IMG/VR virus record: IMGVR_UViG_3300005077_000572
Span: 9,131-73,130 of that record
DNA length: 64,000 nt
Strand: one strand, 5' to 3'
Source: a virus
Both the position numbers and the translations under genes were made by a program. Every line of letters starts with the position of its first letter. Positions within the stretch are counted from its first letter, which is position 1. This document shows, piece by piece, positions 1 to 8,596 of the stretch. The notes below the pieces were generated by a model that did not search any database, was not told the DNA's origin, and saw nothing but the letters and a program-made list of their open reading frames with translations.

Positions 1-207
1 CTTATCGGTTATCAACACCAGATCTAGGTCCTGATTATAAGCCAAGTCTTGTGCGTCGCGTGTATACATGATACCCAGTGCTTCTCCGGCTTCATTTTGT
101 ACTCGAACACGAGGAAAGCGAATACGGTCATTGGCGATCACGCCGTTATCTCTTGATTCTCTGTTATTGAATCTGTCGTATCTGGGATTAAAGTTTTGAT
201 TTCGCAT
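1..207 (-). CDS. infC: Translation initiation factor IF-3, N-terminal domain (runs off the left edge; absent from the ORF track)
   Basis: Hand translation from ATG at 207: MRNQNFNPRYDRFNNRESRDNGVIANDRIRFPRVRVQNEAGEALGIMYTRDAQDLAYNQDLDLVLITDK. It matches the IF3-N pattern N.RIR...VR.....GE.LGI....A...A....LDLV.I. Confidence 0.85.
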   Translation of the reverse strand, partial: MRNQNFNPRYDRFNNRESRDNGVIANDRIRFPRVRVQNEAGEALGIMYTRDAQDLAYNQDLDLVLITDK

Positions 208-229
208 GTAGTTTATCTAGCAATTTATT

Positions 230-676
230 TTATGAGTGTTGATCGATGCCAATGTCTGCAATGGCAACCAATGCTAGATCTTCAGTGTTGTTACAGATAA
301 TGTGTCCATAACTAATTAATAGCTTGCACAATGTATTGTTTGTTCTGTTTTCAGCGATCCAATACACCGCGGCGCCGTTTTTATCATGAATCAGATTTGT
401 GCCTATGTATGTTTCAGCAACATTACAGGTATCTGCATTAATTATGGTGAAATCCACCATGTTAGAAACTGCTCGAGCCCAGGGGGCTGTGGTTTCATTA
501 ATATTATTTGTATCGTAATAATAGGTGATACTGTTTTCCGGAAACAGTTTATCAAAAACCTGACTTATTTTTTTAACTTGAGAATCGTCAAAACCCATTA
601 GTAGTAGGCTTGGTCCGTTGTCATTTAAAAATAAGCTAGGTGGGGTAACGCTGTATACGCTGTTTTCTAATTTCAT
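230..676 (-). CDS. Hypothetical protein
   Basis: 148-aa ORF tightly packed between neighbours; no recognisable motif. Confidence 0.6.
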   Translation of the reverse strand: MKLENSVYSVTPPSLFLNDNGPSLLLMGFDDSQVKKISQVFDKLFPENSITYYYDTNNINETTAPWARAVSNMVDFTIINADTCNVAETYIGTNLIHDKNGAAVYWIAENRTNNTLCKLLISYGHIICNNTEDLALVAIADIGIDQHS

Positions 677-677
677 A

Positions 678-1661
678 TTAGGTGTTTAACCAACTATTTT
701 CAGGATTGTCTTTTTTAGTTTTTCTGTTGCGTGTAATTTTAGATTCATCAATGATGTTGACAGTATTGTCAATTTGAGTAGTGTCATCATTAACCACGGG
801 CTTTTCTTTTTTAATTTTAACACGTGTCTTTTTATTTACGATAGGTTTTTTCTCAGGTTTCGGTTTTTTTTCTAAAACTCGGCCTAGTTGTGGTTGATTG
901 ACTTGTTCATGTTCCCAACGTAAACTCTGCTGTGCTGCCAATATTAGTACCAGAGCCAGCGGGTCAAATACCAGAACAATCAATATAATAACCCAGGACA
1001 CGGCTTTTTCAAGAATGTTGGCGTCTGGGTTATCGCCGTAGATTAGTTTAGCAATATACTTTATTGGTCCAACCTCTGCCTCCACCTTTCGTACCTCGGC
1101 GGCAATAGGCGCACGGGCATCGTTAAGTTGCGCGATAGACTGTTGCGACTGTGATATTTCTTTTTGTAAGCGAGCACGTTCTTTCTGCTGGGAGCGACGC
1201 AAAGCCACAGCTTTGTCGGCACCGTTTTCATCCGTTGAGCGGCCCAATACCTGGTCCACTCCTTCATCCATCTGTTTAAGTGCACGACGGTTTGCTTCAA
1301 TATTCTCTTTTTCGGTTTTGATCTTTTCGTCATATATTGCAATCTTGCTTTGCACATCCCCACTTACTAGGCTCTGATCACTGTGTGCTTTACTCAAGAA
1401 CCCAAAAATACCCATGCTGGTCAGCATCATCAAAAATGCCACTGCAGGCACCAGATACAGTTTATAGGTCCAGCTGGCACGCTGCCAGTTTAATTTTAAC
1501 CAGACTGCGGCTACAACTTTGCCAATTTCCAGGGCGGCACCCATGACAACGATAGGGACAACAGCCGCGGCAAAAATAGCTGTTAGTCCACTGATGCTAT
1601 AGTACGCGGCCACTAGGCTGATAATAATGCCCACCGCCATGGTAAGAATGCCAAGCTTCAT
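678..1661 (-). CDS. Membrane protein with long coiled coil
   Basis: Three N-terminal hydrophobic helices, a central coiled coil and a C-terminal TM helix. Start moved to MKLGIL (1661) to avoid overlap with the upstream gene. Confidence 0.7.
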   Translation of the reverse strand: MKLGILTMAVGIIISLVAAYYSISGLTAIFAAAVVPIVVMGAALEIGKVVAAVWLKLNWQRASWTYKLYLVPAVAFLMMLTSMGIFGFLSKAHSDQSLVSGDVQSKIAIYDEKIKTEKENIEANRRALKQMDEGVDQVLGRSTDENGADKAVALRRSQQKERARLQKEISQSQQSIAQLNDARAPIAAEVRKVEAEVGPIKYIAKLIYGDNPDANILEKAVSWVIILIVLVFDPLALVLILAAQQSLRWEHEQVNQPQLGRVLEKKPKPEKKPIVNKKTRVKIKKEKPVVNDDTTQIDNTVNIIDESKITRNRKTKKDNPENSWLNT

Positions 1662-1662
1662 A

Positions 1663-2025
1663 TTATAGTTGTTCTTTGTTGACTTCATACCTGGTTGCAG
1701 TTCCTTCCGCAACTAGTATGTCATTAATGCATTTACGATTACCTTCAGCGTCTTCAATGTAGATATATCCCAGAACACGACCAAACTTGCCGCGTTTGTT
1801 TAACACTGTCTTGACAATGAATTCTTTAGGTAGTAATTCCAAAAGTCTATTCCTGGCAACGTGTGCCTGTTCCTTGACAAGCGGATCATTTGTCTGCAAT
1901 GTGGCTGTTTCAATACCGTATAATCTAATTCGTTGTTTGACGCAGATATTAAAGCCAAGATCGAGCTCGGCATCAATGGTGGTGCCGTCTACCACACGCT
2001 CTAAACTGCATTTATATTCGTACAT
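1663..2025 (-). CDS. Thermonuclease/SNase-fold protein with degenerate active site
   Basis: MYEYKC..RVVDG(T)TID..LDLGF, RIRLYGI(E)T and KFGRVLG are typical of phage SNase homologues. Confidence 0.8.
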   Translation of the reverse strand: MYEYKCSLERVVDGTTIDAELDLGFNICVKQRIRLYGIETATLQTNDPLVKEQAHVARNRLLELLPKEFIVKTVLNKRGKFGRVLGYIYIEDAEGNRKCINDILVAEGTATRYEVNKEQL

Positions 2026-2068
2026 CCGTTAATCCAAAATATCTGCGTGGTTAAAATACGCATTTTCG

Positions 2069-2076
2069 TATTTATA
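2069..2076 (-). promoter_or_regulatory. T4-type late promoter TATAAATA
   Basis: Exact T4 late consensus upstream of the SNase-like gene. Confidence 0.5.
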
Positions 2077-2080
2077 AGAT

Positions 2081-2632
2081 TTACTTAGTTTCTCGATAAT
2101 AAATGTGCCCGGATGTAGTAGATACTTGCTTAAAAACGTCCGCCCAGGCTGGTGTTACTCTGTGGTTGTGGAAGTGCGTAGCTCCTGCAGAAATTCCGCG
2201 ATGCTTGCCCTCGACTATCATAACTCGAGCAATTTTGTTAGATTCTGACCATTTGCGTGATTCACGTGGGGCGTCTGATCTACCATCACAGTACCAGCTA
2301 AACTGGCACATATTAGGTACTAGATTTCCCTGACGGTCAACACGAGCTTGTTTGACTACTCCGCAGACGGTTTCAGGATAGCGTTTGTTGGCAACGCGAT
2401 TGAGTACCACGTCCGCGACACTGGCTTTATCCTTGAAATCACTACCACGAGCTTCGTGATAGATGGCCATGGCCAGACATTGAATTTCTGAATTTAAAAA
2501 TTCCACTGCCGGATCTTTTACATTATCGTCAGCAGTTTTAATTTCAGTTTTAATTTCTTTAATATAGAACAAACTGACATATGATATTAATGACAGGAAA
2601 ATTATAGATAAAATTACTGAAAGTTTTTTCAT
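2081..2632 (-). CDS. SleB-like cell wall hydrolase (Hydrolase_2) with N-terminal signal anchor
   Basis: CLAMAIYHEARG, V.DVVLNRV..KRYPETVCGVVKQ, CQFSWYCDG, GATHFH, GHIYY. Confidence 0.9.
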   Translation of the reverse strand: MKKLSVILSIIFLSLISYVSLFYIKEIKTEIKTADDNVKDPAVEFLNSEIQCLAMAIYHEARGSDFKDKASVADVVLNRVANKRYPETVCGVVKQARVDRQGNLVPNMCQFSWYCDGRSDAPRESRKWSESNKIARVMIVEGKHRGISAGATHFHNHRVTPAWADVFKQVSTTSGHIYYRETK

Positions 2633-2635
2633 AAA

Positions 2636-2737
2636 TTAAAATAAAATAGCAATAATTATTACACCAGCAATAAACCCCAGAATATATCCGCCTAAAAAGG
2701 ACAATATATGCTGAATTAGTCCGTCTATCATTGACAT
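2636..2737 (-). CDS. Small membrane peptide (33 aa, not in ORF track)
   Basis: MSMIDGLIQHILSFLGGYILGFIAGVIIIAILF, directly downstream of a sigma70-like promoter and abutting the hydrolase start. Confidence 0.5.
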   Translation of the reverse strand: MSMIDGLIQHILSFLGGYILGFIAGVIIIAILF

Positions 2738-2767
2738 AATTATACCATTTCCAGTAAAACAAGTATA

Positions 2768-2796
2768 ATTGTAACACCAAAACGTTTTACTTGCAA
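2768..2796 (-). promoter_or_regulatory. sigma70-like promoter
   Basis: TTGCAA-N17-TACAAT. Confidence 0.55.
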
Positions 2797-2823
2797 GGTA
2801 AGACACTCTGGTTAGTTGTTTTT

Positions 2824-3543
2824 TTACAACTGCCAGTGATATACTACTAACACACCATTTTCACGACTGATGTTGTATTTTGGCTTAACTTGCCCAATAC
2901 GAATATCACACCCATCTTTGATCATGCGATCAAACATAAATCTAAATGGACTGTCACCACGCAATGTTAAATCGTAAACGGCATCTGTAGACGAGCACAA
3001 ATAATGTATAGTAGACTTGTGCGTGTACGAACGCTCTAATTTAAGGTGTCGTCGACGATCATCAGCAATAATGATGTCCGGGCTGTCGGTGTTAAAGTAA
3101 CTGGGGCGTGAGGCACTGAACTTACTAAAGTTATTTAGTTCAGCACGTAATTCTTCCAATTTCGACACATTAAAGGATCTTTGATCGTATAGTGCATCAA
3201 CTAGACTGTCAATTTCATACTGTAATCTTATATAATTTAGCATGCCAGTATTGATGTAGGATTCAATACCATCTTCACTACCCTGTATTTTAATTCTTGT
3301 ATAGTCGGTATCCGCCAGAGAATATAATATGGAATTAGTGTGTCGAGTTTGACTGCGTTTATTTGCTAAATTGAAATGTACTAGATTGTCCAGATCTTCA
3401 CGGTAACCAGTGGGGGCAATACCTTTAAGTTTTGCGATCAAAAATTGTTTCTGATAGTAATCAAAAATTTCTTCAGCTTTCTCTTGGCTGACGCGATTGA
3501 CTCTAACAAATGCTTCTAGTACTAGATCTTTTACTGATGACAT
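2824..3543 (-). CDS. Hypothetical protein
   Basis: 239-aa ORF in gene-dense context. Confidence 0.65.
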   Translation of the reverse strand: MSSVKDLVLEAFVRVNRVSQEKAEEIFDYYQKQFLIAKLKGIAPTGYREDLDNLVHFNLANKRSQTRHTNSILYSLADTDYTRIKIQGSEDGIESYINTGMLNYIRLQYEIDSLVDALYDQRSFNVSKLEELRAELNNFSKFSASRPSYFNTDSPDIIIADDRRRHLKLERSYTHKSTIHYLCSSTDAVYDLTLRGDSPFRFMFDRMIKDGCDIRIGQVKPKYNISRENGVLVVYHWQL

Positions 3544-3555
3544 ATATTATATAAT

Positions 3556-3855
3556 TTATTGATCACACTCGGGGAACAGTTCCACCACAAAGTCAGTCAC
3601 ACGCTCAACATGCTTGGGCTGCCAACGTCGTTGAACAATATCGTAGGGCGCATGAACCCCATATTCTCGAATGGTTTCCTTGGCTAACTGATATATTTGT
3701 CGTTTATTGAGTTTCTCAATTCCGTGCATGGGATTGGCGTATTCTTGTAGACTGGGATGTCCAATCGCATAGACAGCAATCTGCTTGCCATCGATCGGTA
3801 CTTCTACCTTGGCGATCATACGGCGCTTACCATCATCACATACTGCGCTTCTCAT
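3556..3855 (-). CDS. Hypothetical protein
   Basis: 99-aa ORF downstream of a sigma70-like promoter. Confidence 0.6.
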   Translation of the reverse strand: MRSAVCDDGKRRMIAKVEVPIDGKQIAVYAIGHPSLQEYANPMHGIEKLNKRQIYQLAKETIREYGVHAPYDIVQRRWQPKHVERVTDFVVELFPECDQ

Positions 3856-3935
3856 TTAATAGTCCAGTGTCAGGCTGACACATTTTAATTTAGTTTAATA
3901 CACGGGCATCCACTAAGAAGCCCACCTGTATATGA

Positions 3936-3964
3936 ATTTTAAAGTAAAGTGTATTACCTGTCAA
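3936..3964 (-). promoter_or_regulatory. sigma70-like promoter with GTAA-N6-TTAC inverted repeat in the spacer
   Basis: TTGACA-N17-TAAAAT; inverted repeat at 3944-3957. Confidence 0.65.
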
Positions 3965-3994
3965 CCAATATTTTTTATCTACTAGATAAAAAGT

Positions 3995-6340
3995 TTAGAA
4001 TGCCGGTAGGATTTCTACTTTGATTTTCCAGGACACAGTTGTTCCCGCACCACCGGTTACAAATACTTTGAACTCGTTGGATTGAACATAAGCATCTAGA
4101 TTCCAGGAACTACCGACGTTGTTACTGAATACAACACGGTTATGTTGATTACTGATCAACGACAGAGTACCTGTGGTATTGTCCAGCATGCCTTCAATTT
4201 TTGCTGAAAAGCTACCAGTTGTACTAGTGCTGCGACCCACAGCCGTTATACTTACAAACCAGGTATTATTGTTACTGGGTAACAGACGGGCACCGTCAAA
4301 CAATACCTCTGTCGGGGCACTGCCATTGGTCACAGCGGTTGAGTATCGTATATTCTGATCACCGCTGATGACAACGGTGTCTGAAGATTCCGAAACTGTT
4401 ACATTATTTGTTCCGGTTATTTTCTTAAACTGAAGGTCATTGGTCTGGCGCTGTTTGAATACACCTATGCCAGAACTGCCAACATTACTCACGGTAATAT
4501 TATCGCTTAAAATAATATCCTGCAGGTTCGTACTGATGGCAATCGCACCGGTGGCCAATAATGTTTTAAATTCCAGAGTACCATTGTTGTTCTGGAAATA
4601 GATTCCTGTACCAGAACCCACATTGGCTCCGTCGGTGACACTACTAGTACCAGTGGCTATTGATCGCCAACCGGGATCGCTACCAGTGTAGTAGGCTTCA
4701 TAAAAGTTAGTAGTGGTGTTATATCTAATTTCACCAGCAACGTTACGAATGCGCTGTGAGGTTGATCCGGCAGGTATTTTTAATGAACCTGTTCCGTAAA
4801 ATCTAGGATTTTCAGTTATACCAATAGTTACATTGCCTGCACCACCACCACCATTTATCACATATATCTGATCAGCAGTACCAATAATGGATCTGGTGAC
4901 GCTGGTATCCCCGTCTTTAACAACAAATCCATTAGAAGTGGAATTCAAAGAATTTGCAGATCGCATAAACGGACTCAGCGATGTATTCATGGCGGCAAAA
5001 TCCGCCAGGGTTCCAGTGCTAGTACCAGTTTTTACAAAACTTGAGGTTAGGTCACTACGAACCACTATATCACCAACGTTGGTAAATGCTGATAGCTGAG
5101 CTGCTTCACTACTGACTACTTTTACTGTGCTACCAGTTATATTGGTGGTTGTCTGGTTGATAATCGTAGTTGATCCTGTCCCACCTTCGCTGGTTTCAGT
5201 GGTGTCAAAACCACCAGCATTAAATCCAGGTAATCCAGATATATCAATTACAGTACCATCTTCACCCGGGCTGCCGGGCTCAAGTCCATTGCTGACTTCA
5301 CCTGACGTTTGCTTAAACGCCTGCGTATAACCAACAATCTCTCCACAATAATTGAACACTGGCTGACGTTCTGATACGTCGGGACTGGGATCTACTAGGC
5401 GATCCAGTAGATCAATTAATCCAGGCTCTAAAAATAATTCAAAAATGTTCTTATAAACTTTACCGTTTTCATCGATCACCGGATATCCGGCTAGCCGATC
5501 ATATGAGGCTTTGAGCTGACTGGCAACACGTGTATTACCCTGAATACCAGCAGCATCAGCATTGTGTAGTACCCCAAGTCCAGTGTTGACTTCCCTGCTG
5601 GCGTCACCTTCAAATTGGCTTCCGCCCAGTGTAGTAGCTCCACGAACACGAGATTCCTTGGCACGTAAATTTGACAATGCACTGGTCGCCGCATTTATTC
5701 TAGCCAGGAATGCATTTAATTCGTTGGAATTGAGAGCGCCACGTCGAGCACGATCCCAGACTTTTGACAGATCACCCAGTATACCACCATTGAACAGATT
5801 CAGATTAAAATCCTGACCGTTAAATCCCAGACACCCACCAACCTGGCTGGGGATCATATTACCAATATCATTAATTAGTCGCTTGCCAGCACCCAGGAAA
5901 CTGCCCATGGTTTCTTCCAAAACCTTGGTGATGTTCAGTGGTATGATGGGCTTCGCACAGAAGTTAATCATGTTGGCAACCTGAGTTACTTCGGCAATGG
6001 CGTCGTTAATCCTGCCTAGAACATTTTCTACCTCGGTGTGTTCCATGAATCGATCAAATTCACTGTCTAATTCAGCAAGGGCATCCTTTAACTCGGCCTG
6101 TAGCTCGGGAACATTCAGAATGGCCTTTAAATTTACACTCAGACATACTTGAACATTGGGTAATTTTAGTCCTCGCCCTGCTAGCAAATTACAGATAATT
6201 TCACGTAAAGTAAAATCGTACTCAGATTTTACAACTACGCGAGCATTTGGTCCCTGCTCTCCCACCACTTCAGTTTTACTGTGGTGGCGAGTATCCAAAT
6301 ACTCGTTTATTTTTTTAGCTGTGTCGCCGATATCACTCAT
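3995..6340 (-). CDS. Putative virion (baseplate/tail) structural protein
   Basis: 781 aa; helical N-terminal half and Gly/Thr/Ser-rich beta C-terminal half with the tail-protein motif GTGSLKIPAGSTSQR...GEIRYNTTTNFYE; follows the PAAR gene. Confidence 0.6.
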   Translation of the reverse strand: MSDIGDTAKKINEYLDTRHHSKTEVVGEQGPNARVVVKSEYDFTLREIICNLLAGRGLKLPNVQVCLSVNLKAILNVPELQAELKDALAELDSEFDRFMEHTEVENVLGRINDAIAEVTQVANMINFCAKPIIPLNITKVLEETMGSFLGAGKRLINDIGNMIPSQVGGCLGFNGQDFNLNLFNGGILGDLSKVWDRARRGALNSNELNAFLARINAATSALSNLRAKESRVRGATTLGGSQFEGDASREVNTGLGVLHNADAAGIQGNTRVASQLKASYDRLAGYPVIDENGKVYKNIFELFLEPGLIDLLDRLVDPSPDVSERQPVFNYCGEIVGYTQAFKQTSGEVSNGLEPGSPGEDGTVIDISGLPGFNAGGFDTTETSEGGTGSTTIINQTTTNITGSTVKVVSSEAAQLSAFTNVGDIVVRSDLTSSFVKTGTSTGTLADFAAMNTSLSPFMRSANSLNSTSNGFVVKDGDTSVTRSIIGTADQIYVINGGGGAGNVTIGITENPRFYGTGSLKIPAGSTSQRIRNVAGEIRYNTTTNFYEAYYTGSDPGWRSIATGTSSVTDGANVGSGTGIYFQNNNGTLEFKTLLATGAIAISTNLQDIILSDNITVSNVGSSGIGVFKQRQTNDLQFKKITGTNNVTVSESSDTVVISGDQNIRYSTAVTNGSAPTEVLFDGARLLPSNNNTWFVSITAVGRSTSTTGSFSAKIEGMLDNTTGTLSLISNQHNRVVFSNNVGSSWNLDAYVQSNEFKVFVTGGAGTTVSWKIKVEILPAF

Positions 6341-6346
6341 GGGTGC

Positions 6347-6613
6347 TTATCCAATGAAAACATTAGGACTTCCGCTGCCACGGGCGTGGCCACAGGTATC
6401 GGCGTCGCCGGTTCTATTCACCGGAATTCCGTTTATGAAAACAGTAGTACTACCGCTGGCAGTTTTTGGCCCAATGTGTATAATATTATGTGATTCCACC
6501 GGGCTACCATTGACTGCAGTGAGTTTACCGTTAGTAAAAACACTGGCTTGCAATGTACCGGTTATAGCTGCTCCGGCGGTGTTGGGGTCTCCAATGCGGT
6601 GTACTGCTGGCAT
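6347..6613 (-). CDS. PAAR-repeat spike tip protein (T4 gp5.4-like)
   Basis: MPAVHRIGD, SxxVFxNG repeats, PVNRTGD..TCGH, GSPNVFIG. Confidence 0.9.
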   Translation of the reverse strand: MPAVHRIGDPNTAGAAITGTLQASVFTNGKLTAVNGSPVESHNIIHIGPKTASGSTTVFINGIPVNRTGDADTCGHARGSGSPNVFIG

Positions 6614-6614
6614 T

Positions 6615-6920
6615 TTATCCTAAAATTAATTTCTTTTCTGGTACTCTGATACCAGTGGTTGCTTCAATATACTTCATTTTTACTGCGTCTTCAGTTAGTG
6701 CAAACATAGTAACTGCTGAAGTATTTAGTCGTATAACCTGCTTGGTGTCGGCGGTAAACATGCTGGGTACCAATCCCATACCCTGTGGGCCAGGAGCAAT
6801 ACTAACTGGTTCCTCGATGATGATCCAGGTATCGTCAGCTTCAGTGACCTTGGTAATTAGTTCCCCACCACTGTTTAATTTAAATGTGTATACTTCGCCA
6901 GTTTTAATATTTAATTTCAT
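6615..6920 (-). CDS. Hypothetical protein (small beta-barrel, possibly Sm-like)
   Basis: TFKLNSGGELITKV pattern; co-transcribed with glutaredoxin. Confidence 0.6.
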   Translation of the reverse strand: MKLNIKTGEVYTFKLNSGGELITKVTEADDTWIIIEEPVSIAPGPQGMGLVPSMFTADTKQVIRLNTSAVTMFALTEDAVKMKYIEATTGIRVPEKKLILG

Positions 6921-6921
6921 G

Positions 6922-7143
6922 TTAGTTCAATCGTTGTTTAAGTTCAGTAAATCCACCAATGTATTCTGAGTCTAGAAAAATTTGTGGTAGTGTTCTGGCA
7001 GTTGGTACTGCTTCTAATAGTTGTTCTTTGCTCCAATCACGCATGATATTTCGTTCTTCAAACTCAATGCCTCGTGATTTTAATAAATTTTTTGCTTGAT
7101 CGCAATAGGGACACAGGTCCTTGGACCAGACGATCGCCTTCAT
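6922..7143 (-). CDS. grx: Glutaredoxin
   Basis: CPYC active site, TLPQIF, YIGGFTEL. Confidence 0.95.
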   Translation of the reverse strand: MKAIVWSKDLCPYCDQAKNLLKSRGIEFEERNIMRDWSKEQLLEAVPTARTLPQIFLDSEYIGGFTELKQRLN

Positions 7144-7152
7144 AGTTTTCCT

Positions 7153-8253
7153 TTAAATTGTTGGTAATTCGTTATAGTCGATTGAGTCGCTCATGACACC
7201 GATGACATAACTAGTTGATTCTGTTTCTTGCAGTGCGCTTTGTTTCTTACTGGTGTCACTGTGCTTGTTAAACCAGGGAATAGGTGTAACTTTAGGAGCA
7301 GTGTTCCAGTACTTGATACCAATTTGCTTCAATGCGTCAGCGGCGGTATAATCTACAAAGTCCTTGAGAATATTAGCGTTAAGACCAATTACTGGACCTT
7401 TCTTAAACAGATAGTCCGCCCAGGCCTTTTCTTCGGCGATAACATCTCGATAAATTTGCAGGACTTCTTCTTCACAATCCCGAGCGGCTTGTGCAAAACG
7501 AGGGTCTTCTTTGACTACCTGGTTGATAATATAAGCAGTCCAACCCTTGTGTAGTAATTCATCTTGTAAGATAAGACTGATGATGTTACCGTTACCAATG
7601 TAGATTTTATTTTCCACCATGGCCAGGCTTGTGGCAAAACTTACCATAAAGCGGAATGCTTCTAGTCCATAACTAGCATGTAAGGCAAGATAGATCGCCC
7701 GGACATGTTCCATTTCATCAATGGGTTCGCCTAGTTCTTTGCGGCAGTTGATTAAGTGTAGTTGCTCATAGTAACGACCAATGCTTGACGCCATGTCGAC
7801 GATTTCTTGTGTGTCGTGAATTGTATTAAACACATCTTTGGGTACATTGTAGACATTACGAATGATGTGACTGTAACTACGGCTGTGAATATTGGTTTCA
7901 AAGAACGTCCAGCAGTAGACCAGTGCTTCCAGTTCAGGCAGACTCACAACTGGTGTAAAGATCTGACTAGGTGCACGACCTTGTATGCTGTCCAGTGCTG
8001 TCTGACGTAGTAGATTGCTGGTAAAGATGTGCTTAACTGCGTCGCTGGCTTCTTTGTGGTCCTGCGCATCTTTGGTGAGACTAATTTCTTCAGGAACCCA
8101 AAAGAAGCCACGACCGGTGGTTTCGTAGTCTGCGATCTTTTTATATTTGGTTTCTTCAAATCGCTGAATGGTTACAGGACCTGCAGGGTCTAGAAACATT
8201 TTGCGTGACAGATAGTCTGTTTTTGTACTTAAGTCGTATTGTGCTTTTGACAT
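7153..8253 (-). CDS. nrdB: Ribonucleotide reductase class Ia beta subunit
   Basis: Iron ligands and radical Tyr present: QTALDSIQ, ETNIHSRSY, LEAFRF, QDELLH. Confidence 0.97.
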   Translation of the reverse strand: MSKAQYDLSTKTDYLSRKMFLDPAGPVTIQRFEETKYKKIADYETTGRGFFWVPEEISLTKDAQDHKEASDAVKHIFTSNLLRQTALDSIQGRAPSQIFTPVVSLPELEALVYCWTFFETNIHSRSYSHIIRNVYNVPKDVFNTIHDTQEIVDMASSIGRYYEQLHLINCRKELGEPIDEMEHVRAIYLALHASYGLEAFRFMVSFATSLAMVENKIYIGNGNIISLILQDELLHKGWTAYIINQVVKEDPRFAQAARDCEEEVLQIYRDVIAEEKAWADYLFKKGPVIGLNANILKDFVDYTAADALKQIGIKYWNTAPKVTPIPWFNKHSDTSKKQSALQETESTSYVIGVMSDSIDYNELPTI

Positions 8254-8266
8254 TTAATTATTCCGT

Positions 8267-8596
8267 TTATACTCTAAAACTTTCGCCGCATCCGCAGCGA
8301 TCACGTTCGTTGGGATTGGAAAATTCAAATCCCTCATTTAGTCCGCGGCGTTGCCAGTCCATGACCAGTCCATCGACATAGGGCATGCTTTTACCGTCTA
8401 CCCAAATCTGTACACCTAGACAATCAAAGACAAATTGGTCTCGGGTCACTGGCGCTGTATCTACGTATTCTAACACATACGCCAATCCGCTGCAACCAGT
8501 GGTCTTAACACCTATTCTCAATCCCAGGCCACGCCCGCGCCGTGCCAGCTGTTCACGAACCTTTTCTGCGGCTGCTTCAGTTAGTGTTACTGCCAT
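8267..8596 (-). CDS. iscA: Fe-S cluster assembly A-type carrier
   Basis: TLTEAAA, GVKTTGCSGLAY, RCGCGESF. Confidence 0.95.
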   Translation of the reverse strand: MAVTLTEAAAEKVREQLARRGRGLGLRIGVKTTGCSGLAYVLEYVDTAPVTRDQFVFDCLGVQIWVDGKSMPYVDGLVMDWQRRGLNEGFEFSNPNERDRCGCGESFRV

